Positions 62,251-64,000 of a stretch of DNA of 64,000 bases are shown in pieces. The first letter of the stretch is position 1; each line of letters begins with the position of its first letter. The translations under genes were made by a program, and so were the position numbers. The DNA comes from Hypanus sabinus (lineage: Eukaryota), in the NCBI RefSeq assembly GCF_030144855.1, contig NC_082731.1, forward strand, positions 27,094,001-27,158,000, read 5' to 3'. Below the pieces are notes generated by a model. It was not told the origin of the DNA. It ran no database searches and worked only from the letters and a program-made list of their open reading frames with translations.

Positions 62251-64000
62251 AAGCGAGGGGCGAGTTACCTATGCTCGTTCTTGAGCGGGATGTCCTTGGA
62301 GGAAAGCCACACCATCTGCCCTGGTTGGTACTCAGGCACCGGAGTCCAGTGACCGTCGGCCATCTACTTATTGCGTTTTTCTGATCTGAGAAGGGCCGTG
62401 TGTGTCTCCTCCAAAATGTTCAGGCACCAGTCAATATGGTCCTGAACCGATGGTACTGCAATCTCCTCTTCTTGTGCGGGGAACAGCGGGGGTTTGCACC
62501 CCAGGGAACACTCGAACGGAGACCTCCCAATGGCAAATCTCACCAGAGAGTTGAGGGCGTACTCAATCCATGGGAGGTGGTCGCTCCAGGTCGACGGGCT
62601 GTTTGCCGTAACGCAACGTAACGTCGCCTCCAGGACTTAGTTGACCCGTTCCGTCTGTCCGTTCGTCTGGGGGTGGAAGCAGGATGACAGGCTGATTGAT
62701 GCACCTAAGGCTTGACAGAGGGCCTTCCGTACCTGTGAGATGAACTGGGGACCACGATCGGAGATGATATCTGTGGGGATTCCGTGGGGGCGGAAGACGT
62801 GGCAGACGAGAAGATCAGCAGTTTGTTGAGAGGAAGGGAGTTTAGGGAGGGCTACGAAGCGCAGCGCCCTGGAGAACCGGTCTACCACAGTGAGTATGGT
62901 GGTGTTCCCATGTGAAGGGGGTAGACAGGTGACGAAGTCCAGGGCGATGTGTGACCAGGGACAACCAGGGACAGATAGAGGACAAAGTCATCCTGCAGGT
63001 GGCCGATGAGAGGCTTTTTCCCCGGGCACAGATGGAAATGCCGAGACATAGGAACGGGTATCTGCCTCCATGATGGGCACCAAAGGTGTCTTTTCAGGAG
63101 CGCTAGGGTCCAATCATTTCCGGGATGGCAGGCGAACCGAGACGTGTGCCCCCATTGGAGAACCTGAGGCCTGACGGAAACGGGCACATACAGGCGATCA
63201 CCGGGGTCGGGGTCATCCTGTTGGCTTCTTTTACTTTGGACTTGATCTCTCAAGTGACGGTGGCGACCATGTAGGACGGTGGGAGGGTAGTCCCTGGACT
63301 GGAAGTGTCCTCCTTGGAGTCGTATTGGTGGGAGAGCGTGTCCGGCTTGCCATTCTTGGACCCCGGACGGTCTGTAATGGAAACCGGACGGTCTGTAATG
63401 GAAAACTTCAATCGTCCAAAAAATAACACCAACAGGCCTGGGGCCGGAGTTCAAACGTTTGGCGGTCTGAATATACCCCAGGTTTTTATGATCAGTCCAT
63501 ACTACAAACGGTTGTTCTGCCCCCTCCAGCCAGTGCCTCCATTCTTCCAATGCTAGTTTGACCACCAGGAGTTCCCGATTTCCCACGTCGTAATTCCACT
63601 TGGTGGGGGACATTCAATGAGAATAGAAGGCACAGGATGAAGCTTTTCATCCGAACTTGATCGTTAGGACAGGACTGCTCCTATCTCAGAGTCAGAGGCG
63701 TCCACCTCAACAATGAATTGACCGGCTGGGGGGATGGACCCGGATGGGAGTGGTGGTGAAACACCTCTTCAGGTCAGTGAACACCGAGACAGCTTCGGAG
63801 TCTCAACTGAATGGGGTAATAGGTGAGGTAAGCCGGGTAAAGGGGGCTGCCACTCGACTGTAGTCTTTGATAAATCTGCAGTAGAAGTTTGCAAACCCTA
63901 AGAATCGTTGAAGTTCTTTGCGAGTCGTGGGCCTCCAGTAGGTAGCCCTGACTGGCGAAGGCCTGTTGTACGGCACCCGTGTCTGCTGGGTTCATTATGG
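62250..64000 (-). mobile_element. Ty3/Gypsy chromovirus-type pol relic (RT end, RNase H, integrase), running off the window
   Basis: [24 protein letters not shown]...[32 protein letters not shown] 21-bp tandem duplication lies at 63363-63404. Confidence 0.9.

Noticed and set aside
1-64000. CRISPR arrays, rRNA/tRNA genes, prokaryotic operons, or a repetitive Ig switch region
   Set aside because: None seen. The DNA is vertebrate exon-intron sequence, most short ORFs are antisense or off-frame readings of exons and retroelements, and there is no tandem AGCT-rich array upstream of CH1 within the window.

Overview
Eukaryotic genomic DNA from a cartilaginous fish (elasmobranch; a batoid is plausible but is inference). 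The first ~34 kb holds the constant region of one IgW (IgD-related, skate 'IgX') heavy-chain cluster on the + strand. V, D and a functional J are not visible and presumably lie upstream. Exon order read from splice sites and translation: CH1 - CH2 - Cys-rich secretory tail Sec1 (internal TAG) - CH3 - CH4 - second Cys-rich tail Sec2 (intact, absent from the ORF track) - CH5 - CH6 with tailpiece (apparent stop-loss, 10 extra residues) - duplicate CH3' (intact) - duplicate CH4' (nonsense codon, Trp lost) - a decayed CH6-like relic - TM1 - 12.6 kb intron - TM2 (VQQ*). CH1-CH6, CH3' and TM1 are open, with phase-1 acceptors and canonical Cys/Trp in the CH domains; the obvious lesions fall in optional, isoform-defining parts. 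The most unusual features are the CH3'/CH4' cassette placed 3' of the terminal secretory exon, where it could only enter membrane transcripts, and a set of alternative terminal exons, including an unannotated 110-codon candidate. The remainder is decayed retroelements (CR1, Rex1/Babar, L1-like, Nimb-like, Penelope-like, three Ty3/Gypsy types), often nested, with a 183-nt N gap and signs of a duplicated composite repeat block. Exon coordinates are base-exact from reading the sequence; repeat boundaries are approximate and family calls are by eye, not from database searches.
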